Positions 49,318 through 63,243 of a stretch of DNA of 64,000 bases are shown here, one piece after another (the stretch's first letter is position 1; every line of letters starts with the position of its first letter). The stretch comes from Octopus sinensis (lineage: Eukaryota): the NCBI RefSeq assembly GCF_006345805.1, contig NC_043002.1, positions 3,658,001 through 3,722,000 on the forward strand, read 5' to 3'. Below the pieces are notes generated by a model. That model searched no databases and was not told the DNA's origin. It was given only the letters and a program-made list of their open reading frames with translations. Position numbers and translations under genes: made by a program.

Positions 49318-49705
49318 ACTCTCTTTTACTTGTTTCAGTCATTTGACTGCGGCCATGCTGGAGCACTGCCTTTAGTCGAGCAAATCGACCCCGGGACTTA
49401 TTCTTTGTAAGCCCAGTACTTATTCTATCGGTCTCTTTTGCCGAACCGCTAAGTGATGGCGACGTAAACACACCAGCATCGGTTGTCAAGCAATGCTAGG
49501 GGGACAAACACAGACACACAAACATACATATATATATATACGACAGGCTTCTTTCAGTTTCCGTCTACCAAATCCACTCACAAGGCATTGGTTGGCCCGG
49601 GGCTATAGCAGAAGACACTTGCCCAAGGTGCCACGCAGTGGGACTGAACCCGGAACCATGTGGTTGGTTAGCAAGCTACTTACCACACAGCCACTCCTGC
49701 GCCAT
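49318..49705 (-). mobile_element. Full-length tRNA-derived SINE
   Basis: Reverse complement GGCGCAGGAGTGGCTGTGTGGTAAG..GGGTTCAGTCCC head through GAAACAAGTAAAAGAG tail. Confidence 0.9.
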
Positions 49706-50235
49706 ATGTAAAAAAATAAAAAAATTTTTACGGAAACCAAAGATCTTCTTCAGAAATGTAACTTAACCCGCGTGGGTTTTAAAAGTGACAGTTATGTTAC
49801 TAGTAACGAATAATTGCTTTTTAGATTATGACTGACTGATGTGAAGGTGCATGGCCCAGTGGTTAAGATGCTGCACTAACAATTGTTAGATTGTGGGTTC
49901 AGTTCCCAGACCAAACAGAGCATTGTGCTCTTGAATAAAAGATTTCATTATAGTTTGCTCCAGTCCCTTCAGCTGTAAACAGGTGACCCCTGCAAAGGAC
50001 CAGCCTCCCTCCCTCCCTCCCCACAACCAGGGGGTGGTGTTGGCCTGCTTGCCAGGTGATATCATTCAAAGCTAAGACAATGCAAAGCGCATTGTGACCA
50101 GCGATGCCTAACAGCATCCGATAGTTTGGTTGATTACATGATCCCGTGATAACAGACTGAGCTATTCAGAAATACAGAATCATTTTACAAGTCATCTTTC
50201 CAAGCTATTTCACAGTGTTTTATACGGAAACTTAC

Positions 50236-50345
50236 CCTCGGCCACAATTCTCGAATGGACGGGAGTTGTAAAAGCTTCATCGCATCAGCATAAAGATCAG
50301 AAGATTGTAAAGCAAGTTTAGCAACCATGCCGTCATTCATATTCT
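50236..50345 (-). CDS. PDCD6IP: ALIX coding exon (BRO1): ENMNDGMVAKLA...RELWPR
   Basis: accag|AG AAT...AGG|gtaag; 110 nt. Confidence 0.95.
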
Positions 50346-50400
50346 CTGGTTGAAGAAAGAAAAAAAGAAAGACATTGAAACAAAAATTTAATGTTGGTAT

Positions 50401-50629
50401 TTAACCCATTAAGTCCCAGATACTTAAATTTCTGAATATTACTTAAATTTTTTACGATGATTGAAAACAGGTTAAAATGAAAAAAATTATTATTAAAACT
50501 CCTTTACTTCAAGTAGAAATGAAAATACTCAGTGTCCTATTTATAGGACACTGAGACAATGTGATTATAGCTTATTCAATGTTCTCATTTAGTGTCCTAT
50601 TTATAGGACAGTGGAATTCAAGGGGTTAG
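50401..50629. mobile_element. TTAA-CCC MITE filling most of a 346-bp ALIX intron
   Basis: TTAACCCATT ... AAGGGGTTAG; internal TGTCCTATTTATAGGACA palindromes. Confidence 0.65.
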
Positions 50630-50691
50630 CAGTTGCATTTTCTTTCAAAATCAGATTCATTACAAACTGTAAGTTTCTGCATTCAACTCAC

Positions 50692-50845
50692 CAGATGTCG
50701 CTTTCCTGTAGAAAGCCTCTTGAGCCTGTGCTAACATGAGAGCACTTATAGCAGCTAATGTTTCTGGGTTCAAGTCAGGAGTAGGTTCTTGTTGAGTGTG
50801 GGACAATACGATGTCTTTCAAGTGTCCAAATATACCAGCTGATTG
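50692..50845 (-). CDS. PDCD6IP: ALIX coding exon (BRO1): QSAGIFGHLKD...MLAQAQEAFYRKATS
   Basis: gttag|CAA...TCT G|gtgag; 154 nt. Confidence 0.96.
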
Positions 50846-52847
50846 CTAACAACAGAAATTAGTAATAATTAATAATGACACAAGCAGTATTTGTACCAAA
50901 AGGCTGTGACCCAATGCCCGAATAGACACTGAGATTTTATACACACAAAAACATATATATATATATATATATATCACTGTTATCTCTAACTGCAGATATC
51001 TACCACTGACAAGGCTAAGGAAGGTCGAAATCATGTGATCTGATAATTCCGGTGGCAGTAGCAGACAATTATCTCCTGCTAATGATAGAAACACAAGTGC
51101 TTATATGCACCAAAAGTACACAAGAGGTTCCCTCAGAATAAATAATGCAGTATTTTGTGTTCCAACACAACATCCACTTTTAAGTGGAGATAAATATTAC
51201 TGTTCGGAGATTAGTGATATCTAATAAGTTAAACCATTGTAATATACAGTAATACTGAAGTAACATACAATATTGTAGTAAAATATAAAGCTTTGGAGTT
51301 CAAACCTTAGGCAAGTTGTCATTCACAAATATAATCATTATCTCCTCCCCCTCTAATATACCCATCCATGATGTTTTCATGTGAATCTCCTTACTACAAC
51401 AAACTGCCTATCACTATCTTTCCTCCATTACTCCTCCAATCATCCAGTTTCTCTCCTCCTCCTTTTATCCTCTTGTCCTGGTTTTCTTGTTCTTCTCTAT
51501 TTCATTCACCCTCCGGGTCACATTGCTTTGAACAAACAGATAACAGAGAGGACTCTTACAGTGTTGCAGGAGACAAGGTAACCTCTCTGATACTGGTGCC
51601 ACAATGGAATACACCAAGTCATAAGTACACTCACAACAAAGTGAGTGGCAAATAAATGGACATCAAGTGAAGAAGATTCTTTCGACATTGCGAATCTCTC
51701 AAGTACCAGTGCCATCATAAAATATTCCCAGTAAATTCTACAAAAAGTTTGCTTCCTGTAGTAGAAGTCCTGCCAAAAATACAAGTGAAATGTAGTTTGA
51801 GACCAGTTGAGGGGGTGGAACTCTGTGACAAAACATGGAAAGCAGGTGTAAAATGATTGGAAATGTATCTAAAATCTATCCATCTCTAACGGTGAGTTAC
51901 CACTTTTATAACAGGCTGAGATTATCTTATTTATATGGTGATTATTCACCAAAGTAGAATTTGTAATCCACATCGGTTGGTTACCAATTTCAGTTTATAA
52001 CATGTTTGAACTTGGAAAAGATAATAAATACATTTTTTTTTTTTTTTTGAGTGGGAATCTACGGTGATAAACCCGTCACTTATAACTTAATTATAAGTAT
52101 TATTGCTACACATAAATCCTAACTCAGGCTGCGTAAAAAATTATATACACCAAGACACTGAAACATGCATATATGTTGAAGATAAATAAAACACGCTCTT
52201 TTTCACCGCTATAAAAACAGTTTCATAGTTACAGGAATAAATCTCATTTACAGGTTGAAGAAAATGGAGAAAGAGAAAGTATTTACTAAATTAGTTTATT
52301 TAGGCACATTTAATATTTACAGTACATCTTAGAAATCAAAGAAAATTGTCGTAGAGAGTTATGACATCAAATTTATACTAGCTAATTCTTCCATACTAAG
52401 CTACTAGAGTTTTACACAACAATTCAAAATAGCCTTGTAGCAAACCACGAAACACGGTTGTAATTCCTCCTCAGTAAGAGACATGGCATAACAATAGCCA
52501 ATATCTCAAAGGAGTGAGTGTTGTGGAGTCAGGTGACAACCAATGATCACTGATTAATTTCCCCAAAAATCAGGGTTTTTATAACTGCTCAAACCTGAAT
52601 TCTAAGAACCTTATTTCATGAAAGATTTCTCTTTGACGAAAGTTTAGAATTCAAATATTGGCAGTAATTTTAACCAACGGGAAACTAACAATTGTACCTA
52701 TTCAGGCTAAAAGACCATTACGTCATATTACCACCAATAAAAGTTTATTATTATGACTTGAGTCGTTACACATGGAAACAAAAGAGGAGTTTAGAAAATT
52801 AATTAAATACGTCTTCAGTTTTATTTTGTTCAAACAAATGATCTTAC

Positions 52848-52975
52848 TTGAAATAATTTGACTGAAAGTTTCAGTCCTTCATCAGTGTCGTGATTCTGAG
52901 AGGCAGCAATTTGACTTTGTAAGGCAGCAATGTTGAACAACATGCATACTTTCTCATACATTCCAGAAACAACAC
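52848..52975 (-). CDS. PDCD6IP: ALIX coding exon (BRO1): [18 protein letters not shown]...KLFQ
   Basis: tttag|GT GTT...CAA|gtaag; 128 nt; within ORF 52830..53030. Confidence 0.96.
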
Positions 52976-53514
52976 CTAAAAATAAAAAATAAATAAATAA
53001 ATAAAAGACTCTTTGACCAGAATAATTCAAACAAACACATAATTGTTAATACGAAGCAATGGTTGTGGCTTAGCTCAGGTGTGCCCTCACTGGGAATCCA
53101 GAATTACGTTATTCAGTGTTCCTTTCAAGATAACATGTAATTTGAGGGTAATTTGGCTGCTATTTCTAGCAAGACAATCGTCCATGTATAGGTTGCCTTG
53201 CTGGCTTTAAACCAGGGTATTACTGTTGTTACATTGCTATGGAATTACACTTATCTGGTTAATGCTTTAAGATCACCCAAAGCTTCCAGCCCTCTGAGGT
53301 ATATTTGGACCCTAAGCCTACACGGACGGCTACCCCAGAATTGAAGGCTTCGTCATCTTACTCCTGCTAAAAAGGTATACGTATTGATAGATCACAAGGT
53401 TTGTCCAAATCCTGGACTGACGTAAAAGCTTAAGGAACCCTGCTCATAATTTAAAGTTTACTTTAAAATCCCAAGGAAGCCCTTAGAAACGAAGACATTC
53501 CCATACCTCAAGTC

Positions 53515-53850
53515 ATGTGGCATGGCAAGAAGTTTGCTTCCCAACCACATGGTTCTGGGTTCAGTCCCACTGCATCACACCATGGGCAAAGTGTTTTCTA
53601 CTATAGCCTTGGGCCAACCAAAGCTTTGAGTGAATTTGGCAGATGGGAACTGAAAGTAGCAGATCGTGAGTGTGAGTGTATCCCCTGCCACCACTCGATA
53701 ACCGGTGTTGGTGTGTTTACATCCCTGTAACTTTGTGGTTTGGCAAAAGAGACCAATAAAGTGCCAGGGTTATAAATAAATCCTGGCATTGATTCACTCT
53801 TCTGAAGGCAGTACCCCAGCATGGCCACAGTCTAAAGACTGAAACAAATG
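53515..53850 (+). mobile_element. tRNA-derived SINE
   Basis: Family head, core and CCAGCATGGCCACAGTC tail. Confidence 0.8.
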
Positions 53851-54002
53851 CAAAGTAACGGCATGCCATACAACCTGTGACACACCCTGTTGAGATTGTA
53901 GTAACAATTTCCCTGCAACTGTCCCCACGTGCAAAGGGAGGCATTTGAAATGTCCTTGTGAATGCTGGATTAAGAGATTAGCAATGGAATTTAATTACTT
54001 AC

Positions 54003-54072
54003 CAAGTGTTCTCCGTCCTGAAAAAAAAGATTCTTTATCAAAAGCATCTTTCCACTTGAATAGAATTCTAAT
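54003..54072 (-). CDS. PDCD6IP: ALIX coding exon (BRO1): IRILFKWKDAFDKESFFSGRRTL
   Basis: ttcag|ATT...CTT G|gtaag; 70 nt; WKDAF motif and exposed Phe loop. Confidence 0.96.
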
Positions 54073-57000
54073 CTGAAAGAAAAAAAAAAGAAAAAACATT
54101 TATGGATTATCTTCATTTTTTAGGAATTTCCAGTTTAATTTCTTTATAAAAGAAAAAGGCAAACAATGCAACATATATACAGAAATACATAATTTATACA
54201 ATAAATTCAAGCTACCATGGCAACCAGCAGAATTTCTTCTAAGTTTGAAAGCCGAGTCAATGGAGAGGAGTTACAATTCAATGAAATCTCCAAGAAGTTA
54301 AAATGTACAAATATGATTTCCAAGAGGCTAAAAAGCATCAGCAGGAAAGTACCCGGGAGTCATGACCTGGATGTAGCCTGCACCCCTTAAACGGTAAGTT
54401 AAGGGCCAAAACACTTGCTTGAGGGAATTTTGTTACCACTAATTTTTAAGTGAAATGGTGAAGAACAGGAGGTGAATTTATCTCTGGTTCAACTCCTAAA
54501 GAAGGTCATCCAGTTCCAGCAAAGAGAAGGTTAGTCATTTACACTGATCCCAAGTACATGACTGGTACTTTGACTATCAACCCTCAAATGTTTGAAAAAC
54601 AAAATTGTGCCCAAGCAATTTCTGGTCCTTGAGCCAGAAGAAACGTGCAGCATTTTGTTCATTGTGCTGCCAATTCACACCATTTTATGAAGTCATTACA
54701 AATGGCTATTTTTTAAAGATGATTTAACTGAAGTTTGATGCCACTAAAAGTTTATCCATTCATTCACTTCATCCTAATTTGTTGAAGGCAGAGAGAACCC
54801 TGGTAGAAATTAGCAGCAAAAATTACAACAGAGAAAGGAAATTTGAGGAAATTAAACAAATCGCCAAACAACAGCCAATACAGAAGAAATTCACTCGAAA
54901 GTAATCTGTAAAAGTAATGAGTTATTTGGATTGTAAAGTAAGCCTCAAACTCTAGACATTAAATAACAAAAATGTGAACCTGGACAAAACAACAGAAGAA
55001 AAGTAACATTTTAGATTTCAGAAAAAAACATAGGGGAAGTGAATTGTAAAGATTTGAGGCAGCCTTTCGATAAAAAATAGAAGTCAATTAAAAGAGGAAG
55101 AACTAGACTGGAAGTTGACTCAAGCAGAAGGAAATAAAACAGTTTAATGAGACAAAGGTATGGTGATGATGATGATGAAGCCAAAACTGTGAAGTTGTAA
55201 TTGACACACAGGCAGTTTGGAATTTCCCATTTGTTATAAATAAGCACCAAAACTGATCTATTTTAAGTGGCTGGGGGTAGACTTTTAATGTCAACAAAAT
55301 AAAGGAATAAGAAAGATTTGGCCAAGCAGAACTCAACCAGATACACTAATAGTTTCTCAACTAGGGTTCATATGACCCTTTTGGGGTCCAACTGGGATTT
55401 TCTTGTTAAATTGGTTAATCTTCCACAATGCACAAAATATTAAAATTTTTTTAATACAATTCCTAATAATAATTAATTAATAAAAATAGATGGGTTTTTT
55501 TTAACACCAAATGCTTATGAGAGTCCAGTAGAATGTAACAGGAATGGGGGGGGGGGTCATAAGTAAAAACTAGTTCAGAATCACTAATCCAAATCCAGAC
55601 TAATCCAAACGAGAAATCAATCCCAACTGTAAATACTATGGAATTCAGACAGTTTCTATTCGATGCCAGTGTTTTGATTTTGTCCCCTTATTCCCAGACT
55701 CAAAGAGTTAAAAAATTTTTTTAGCTAAAATATAGCTTGAAGCAGTAAATATCCGGGGAAATGGTGGCAAAATATTAACACTGACATTCTAACAATTCTG
55801 GAAAAGCCAAATGCTATCATTACTGTTTGTACTCGTCTGACACACCCTTTCGCCTCCTTCACCGACTTCTGAGCAATCGTCAAATAGGACATGAAAATAA
55901 AAACAAAAACTCTTTACGGAAATTGCCGAAATCTGAGACTACCATCGAAACATTGCCAAAATAAATGCATTGAGTTCTACATGAGATAATGTTAGCAGTG
56001 AGCAGAGTCTATTTCTAATATTCTTTACAATACGATCTAAACACACACGTCAAAATGGCAAATGACACGAAGAAATGACCCTTTCATTTTTTGAAGCCTA
56101 AATATTCAATAAAATTTCAAAATATTCTGCCAGGAATGCTAACTAAATCCCTAACCCTAAATCCCTAACCCTAAATCTCCATTATTACCACCACCACCAC
56201 CACCACCACCCACAAGTTACCAGGGGAACTATTTGACAGTTCAGATCACGAAATATCATCAACGTTTAATAAACGTTATTTGACAGGAAATGTTATATAG
56301 ACACACTTCAACTATAAACATCATATATACACACTTTGACTAGAAATTGTTATATATATATATACACACACACTTATATATACAGCCTCCTCCCTCTTCA
56401 ACTATCAATTGCCATAAAAACAAAACACCGCACAATTTCCAGCTGACCCAGAGGAGGCCTACTTTTCACTCCATCTTCTGTTGGTGCCAGTACTAAACAT
56501 TATGCCTACTCTCTCTCTCTCTCACACACACACACTACTCTATACGATGCCATTTTAAAAAAAAACGAAACAAACTGAACAGGGTTAATGTAATTTATAA
56601 TTTTAACACGGTTTAATAACATCTGGATATAGAGAAAGACTTAAAGAAAAAAAACCCTCGCAGCCTTTTCGATAACGAATTATTGCAATAAAAAAATATA
56701 TTGAGTCTTTATAGATATTCAGAAAAGGAAGAAGCGATATTTTAAAACTATTGAAACGTTTGAAAAGAAGGTTAAATTGTGACGAATGAGAAGGAAATAT
56801 GTTGTTAAAACTGTTTATATTAGAAATTAATTAATTATAAATAGTTCTGTTATTAGATATAAATGTAGACAGTTAATGAAGACTCGCTAAAAAAAGAACA
56901 AACACAAAATGTGAAACGAAAATGCGTTCAGCAGAGGAGAGTATAAAATCTGGGATAGTTGTTTTGTAAATACTACAAGACCTGCCATTAGTTGGGTTGG

Positions 57001-57744
57001 TGGGGGGTGGTCATTGCCAGAGAACCAAAGACTGATGTCGTCGCTATTTCAGCAACCAACTGTGGAACCACCAAATTTTATCTAAACATGCCTTCTGTCA
57101 ATTCTCACAATATTATCATTCAAAACAAAAGACCTTTTATGGGAAAATTTTATTTAAAAACATTTTTTTTTCTCTTTTAAATAACAAGCAGCCTTGATAA
57201 AGATTAAAATCAAATATTTATGACTCTCCTCAAAATGTTACATTTCCTCATACGTGACCAATAATTATAATTAACTTGCTAATTATACAAAATAAGTCCT
57301 TTTAACCCTTTCATTACCATATTTCTGTTGAAATCGACAGACTTTGTTTCAGATAATTTTGAAAATAATTTCATGAAATAACATATTTAAGCAGGTGTCC
57401 GAAACACAAGTTTGGTGGAAGATTTTAATTTAAATCCCTTCAAAACAGTTGATTTAATATCTGACCCAAGGGCGGCGTCAGGCAGGGTGGGATCAGAATG
57501 ATACGTTTAAATGAATAACAGATCTGTTAACTAAAACTAGGCAATCTTTCGATATTGGTATACAACGTCATTCACCCCACGCATACCTTCCCATCATGAC
57601 ATGAAGAGACTAGGCTGAAAAACAGGGTAAATGACGCTGTCCCCTCGCACCGACACACTGTAGACCAATAGCGAAGGAACGCCTTAGTTACACTATGTCT
57701 CAGACAGGGTCAGTCGTCGACCAAATACAGCTTTATATATATAT

Positions 57745-57791
<47 letters not shown>

Positions 57792-58441
57792 TAGCAAGAC
57801 TGAATTATGTGGAAATTTTAGTTTTTTAAACGCATTTATAGTTTTCATAAATGCCTAATTTCTTTTGAACTTGTTACTCCCCTCCCGAAGATGGTGTTAA
57901 ATCTAGAAAGATGAAAGTAATGGTGAAGATGCCGACTTCAAAAAGAACATATTTGGAAAGTATATCGTTCGTTAGTCACCCCTCATCACCGTTTCCACTT
58001 TCACGGTTGCTGTCCCACACAATTAAGAAAATAAGTTTCCCCTTTCCATCGTCACTTATTTAAATTAATGAAAAAGTGCAGAAAGAATGGAACAAAATCA
58101 AAGACAGGGTAATATTATTCTGAAATAGTATGGCACACGTTGATAATTCTAACAAAATGTTAATGTCGCATCCTTATTTCCCCCCCCCCCGTGTGGTAGC
58201 ATCTCCTCCATTCAGCCGTCGGACGTCAGTATTTAAACACACACATCCATCCTCTCATCACAACAGATGGTGATGGAGCTTGTGTGTTGATGTGTGCATA
58301 GCTAAACAGACACGCACGACTCATCCTCCTCACCTGGTATACATCTATTTTTATCCCATTAAAGACAATTGTATTTAGGGCTTTGATTTTGTTCCATAGC
58401 TAAAACAGAGACGAAAGAAGAGAAGAAAAATGGCACAGTAC

Positions 58442-58496
58442 CTGGTTTTCTGAAATTGGTAGCTTGTTTTCAATGGCAACAAGTTGGTCGTAGTAT
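58442..58496 (-). CDS. PDCD6IP: ALIX coding exon (BRO1): YYDQLVAIENKLPISENQ
   Basis: tcgtag|A TAC TAC GAC CAA...AAC CAG|gtact; 55 nt. Confidence 0.95.
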
Positions 58497-59032
58497 CTAC
58501 GAGAAGAGAAAGAGAACAACTATTCCAACAAAAACGTAATTAAAAAAAATATTTACGGAAAAAAATGCACTTCAAATTATTTGTTGTGGCCAATTTTGTA
58601 AGAGTTTAGTTAAATCAACCCGTTTATATTACTGGTATCAGCATTTACTATAAAATATGTAAGCATACTTTGTGGTGCGAGGAGCTTCGAGTTCTTGGAC
58701 ACACACAAAATAACTGCTTGCTCCAATTTGTGAAAACATTTTAATGATAAAACAAATGTTTGTAGGATGACGTGCAACCCAACAACCTCAGCAAAATTTG
58801 TTATTGAAATGTTGAAGATTTTTCTGTTATACAACTGTCAGAGGAAAGCAAAATATACTTCATTTCAGACAGACAGGTCTTGTGTCAATATCAAAGTTAT
58901 GAAGGTAAGGGAAAGGAGAAGCGAACCTTTCATAAACCAATTCCAAATTGCTGGAGTTAAGATCGGAATTAATTGAACATGAATCATTACAAGTTCCTGA
59001 CAGTTCTTGGAGAAGTTTTATCTCTTAAACAT

Positions 59033-59165
59033 CATCATCATCGTCTAACGTCCGCTTTCCGTGCTAGCACGGGTTAGACGGTTCGACCGGAGTCTGGGAA
59101 GCCAGGAGGCTGCACCAGGCTCCAGTCTGATCTGGCAGTGTTTCTACAGCTGATGCCCTTCCTAA
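59033..59165 (-). mobile_element. RTE LINE 3'-UTR fragment
   Basis: (CAT)n tail and truncated core. Confidence 0.8.
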
Positions 59166-61619
59166 CGAATACCAAAAATTCTATAACCAAATTTCAGAAC
59201 TCGCTTTCGGTCGGTAAGTAAAGTTTCTCCGAAATGTTTCGTGTTTATATACAGCAGATAACAAGCTGAAAACGTGAATGAACCAAAGAGAAACCACGAT
59301 CCATAATCAATAAAACGAAACAAGATTATTTTTAATATTATAAGAAAATGGGTTAACAAGTTTCTCGCGCACCTTCCTGGCTATCCAAATCCCGCTACAC
59401 CTTAATTGCATTGTGTCCCTACAGAAATATTAATAATTTTACTATAAAACACTGGTGATTAAGTGTCGCTTCGCACCTCCATGGTTTCGGGTTTCAGTTC
59501 CAATGAAGTCTCCTAAGTGAAATTAGGTAAACAAACTATGGGACCCCATCAAGAAATTCGCCGCTGTTTTGGGGTGAAAATCCGGTTTTAAGCCCCTTCA
59601 ATGGAATCTATTCTACAGCCAACATTCTGGTATGGTTCCCTTCCATCTGTGAAAACACTACCCCCACCTCACAGCCTTTTCTTCACTAAATCACGTAAAA
59701 AGTTATTAAAAACACACACTTTGGCCAAGTTGCCTCCATAAATCTAAACTTTATCCAGTTCCGCTAATCCGGTGCCATTGCGACGTGGGTAGCGCCGGAT
59801 CCATCATTGAAATAATAGAACCCGGTCGTTAAACACGTTGACTAATGTTTCAACAACTTTTAAACGTCTGCTCCCATCTCTTAACACACACAATGTATTT
59901 TGAAAGTTTATATATCCTTTAAATATAAACACACGTGCCCCTCGAGATATCCTCAGTTCACTGTAATTTCTGGCGGAGAGGGGTCTTCGGATAACATGGG
60001 TCCCGAAATCTCAGTTTTTTTCTGATCACTTTGCGGTCTTAACATTACATCTGATGGAAGTGTATTTTTGCTTGATGTGTGCGTGTAGGAGACCGGCATG
60101 GTTAAAAATAGACCCAACGTTTCCTGTGTCTTAAAATAGGGGCGACTGAAAGGGATTTGAGGTGGGATTTGCACTGCGACCTCCTAAAACCCTCAACAGC
60201 AAAGACCACCCGAACAGACCCATGGGTTGGAGGATTGTCGCATGATGGGTGCAAAGGTGTCTGAACTGCCAGGAGTAGCAGCGAATGACCAACAATTAAT
60301 TGGTGAAGCAGCGATCCCCCCCTCCTCGCCCACATACTGGTTGTCAACGCCATCAACACATTTTCTTCTAAATTAGCCATAAACTGCATCGACGTTGTCC
60401 CTTTAATGCCCATTAAACTATTAAACACACCTATACCATATACTCCACACACACACAAAGCTTTTAGCTTTACAATTCCCAAGTGATGTCATTTTATTCG
60501 GAGATCACGAATGAAAAATGGTGATTTTATCTATTCTGCAATTTTTCGTGAAAATATTTTTCTTTTTTCCAATTCATACAAGACCTTACACTAAATGCAA
60601 TACAAAATAATTAGCTGTTGGCTGACCCCCCCCCCACCTTTTTTTTTTTCTTAAACTTGAATGTGAAGAATGATATCCATCCCGATTTTGCAGAATCAGA
60701 ATCTCCGTACTCGAAAAAAAAAAAAACAAAGACGAAAGGTGGTGCGGTCCACATTCCTTACGTCCGCCAACTGATTTCCTAATTCTTACTCAAAAACTTC
60801 ATGTCATTACTTAAGGATATGATTGCCATGTTTGACACGAGACCCTCCCTTCCCTGCCCAAAATTACAGGCCCCTAATTTAAGGGCAAACAACTTCACCT
60901 CGTAGGGCAAACGCTGTGAAGTAATAATCCTTATTATAAATCCGGGAGTGAAACCCTGGGTGCGATCTCAAGTTGGATTTGACACTCATCCGTCAACCTC
61001 TGCAATGATTTAACACATTGAGTGCCATTTATATACGGCACTTTACAAATGTGCCGCGTATACAATTGAAATACGAAACGAATATGAAAAAAAAACAAAA
61101 AACACGTGGCACACGGGGCCAATTTACACATTTCCCCCCTTGGCACTCAACGTGTTAAACGCAGTGTTTTGGAGGCCGAGAAGAGCCGCGAATCTTAACT
61201 CCTTCAGACCAAGATTGTATCTTTGAGAGGTTATTGATTGAAACAAAAGCAACATCACAGAAAATTGTTTTACTCCTATCGAATTTAGATTTCGGTTGAA
61301 ACCCTGACTGACCAATTTGGTACACAACTGAAATACGACCCCAGCTCCTTGCCATCCAAGTATTTGCTTAACAGCGCCTACACTATACAATTTATTGCTT
61401 ATCATAAACCTTTCTGTCTGTACCCTTAATTCTAGAAAGAATTGTCTTCATTTTAATTTTACATTTTAAATAAAGACTCAAGATATTTTTGCACATCAAT
61501 GACGCGAAACAAAATCAGAAATAGCAGTCAAATTTCCCTCAAATCAAACGTTTTACACAAAGCACATGGAATGGTGTAGTCTTAGATACGTTTTGTGAGA
61601 GTAATTAAAAACAATAGTG

Positions 61620-61830
61620 GCAGCTTGGCTAAGAGGTTTCTCTGCTATAATAGCACTGGGCCAACCAACGCTTTCAATGGATTTGGTTAGACGGAAACTG
61701 AAAGAAGCCCGTTATGCGTGCTGTTCCCCACCACCGCTCGACAACTGGTGTTGTGTTTACGCCAGCGAAACTTAGCGGTTCGGCAAACGGTAACCGATAA
61801 AGTACCCGGCTTTTAAGTAAATACCAGGGG
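61620..61830 (+). mobile_element. tRNA-derived SINE, degenerate
   Basis: GGATTTGGTTAGACGGAAACTGAAAGAAGCC core. Confidence 0.7.
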
Positions 61831-63243
61831 AGAATTCATTCAATTAAAAAAAAATTTAAACAATTGGAACTGTTTCTTAATTAAGGCCAAGAAGTAATTA
61901 CTTGAAGGGAAATAAACTAATCGGTGTCGAGTCAAGGCGACTCGTGATTCCTTACAATCTGCTGAGCCCTAAACCCTGGTTTTAACCTCGTCAAAATTAA
62001 GAAAATTAAGCCTTCCTACAACCAATGTCAACAATTCCCCCAAACCAACACACTTTGTACAGTGTTTCAGACGTAGGTATATTTTAATATGTTCTAATTA
62101 AATACATTTTTTACAACTGTATAGCACCACCGAACACTTCGTCTTTGAATGCGCTGGCGCAACATTCCTGACTACATTTAAAACCTAAATCCCTATATAG
62201 GTTATGTTTTAATAAACTTGTTGCCTGTATCCACCTGAAAAGAAATATAAAACAGCTGGTTTTAAATGAAGTTTTCTTCCAAAGTACTTGTCTTACAACT
62301 CAGTTGCGTCTTTAGTTTACAATTCAGCTACCAAACTACTGACACAGTTGTTAAAGCGACTCCAACAACTTAGGCACCCTTCAGAAATTCGAGAGAGAGA
62401 GAGAGAAAATGGTGCAGCGAACAAGAGTTACCTTTTATTATATTTTTTTAAAGAGGCATTAGAAGTTAGAAGAGGCAAAAATGAGAAGGGAGGGGCAAAG
62501 CGTGGGAACTTTTCGTAAATCTTGTCAGTGTGTGATATTCTCACAGGTTACAGATATCAGCTTACAGTTTGATCAAAAGAAGGGGAGAAACACGAACGGG
62601 TTGAGAACACGCTTCACTAACACCCAACCCAACCCAACAACAATAATAATAAAAAAATTAAAAAAGATATCGGACAAACAGATTCTTCATTTGTGTCTAC
62701 ACAAAAGAATTAAGCAGGTCTTAGTATAAAAGTTAACCGAATTCTTTGACGGTGGATGTATAGAGTTTTACAGTTCTAGGTAAGAAGTTTCCAATGAGCC
62801 AACTCTGCGATTCCATGTCGACTTGGCTTTGATACAACACACCAGTCGGGTCTTTCCTGCCTGGTTGCACTTGGTGTCTTAGTGGGGGGGGGGCACGAAT
62901 GGCTCCAGAGCCGCATTTCTTTAATAAGTTAACACTTATCAAATTTCTACAGAAACTTTATATCTAATCAAAATCAACAATCACAGTTGCTAATTGGCAA
63001 TTAATAGTTCCTGTAGTAAACACTGTTAGTAATCTTATCTGGGGGGGGGGGGGTTAGATATATTACGTAGAAACATTTGTTGCTAAAATGAGGTTTGTTA
63101 GTATAACTGGTTCAGCTAACGGATACTCAGCCACGTTAAGTTTTGCAGCAACGTTCTAAAACTAGCAGAACAAACATGGCAAAGCATTTCATTCAGAATA
63201 TGGAATTCAAAACTTATTGTAAATAGGAATAATAACAATTGCA

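Larger units (their letters stand above)
32485..58496 (-). other. PDCD6IP: PDCD6IP/ALIX gene span visible in window (5' exon missing)
   Basis: 17 exons splice in frame into a BRO1-V-PRD protein with ALIX hallmarks: [84 protein letters not shown]. No exon matching the ALIX N-terminus (..VPLKK..KHE..) was found in 58497-64000. Confidence 0.97.

Noticed and set aside
55801-55892. Minus-strand MSYLTIAQKSVKEAK as ALIX exon 1
   Set aside because: No resemblance to the ALIX N-terminus beyond the first residues, and it lies downstream of the 58442-58496 exon
59198-59277. Minus-strand AVYKHET as the ALIX DKHE motif
   Set aside because: Surrounding residues do not match and there is no phase-2 donor
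59953-60482. Minus-strand ORFs including VSYTHT
   Set aside because: No homologue recognised; nucleotide sequence is not the Nextera adapter; probably CpG-rich intronic or regulatory DNA
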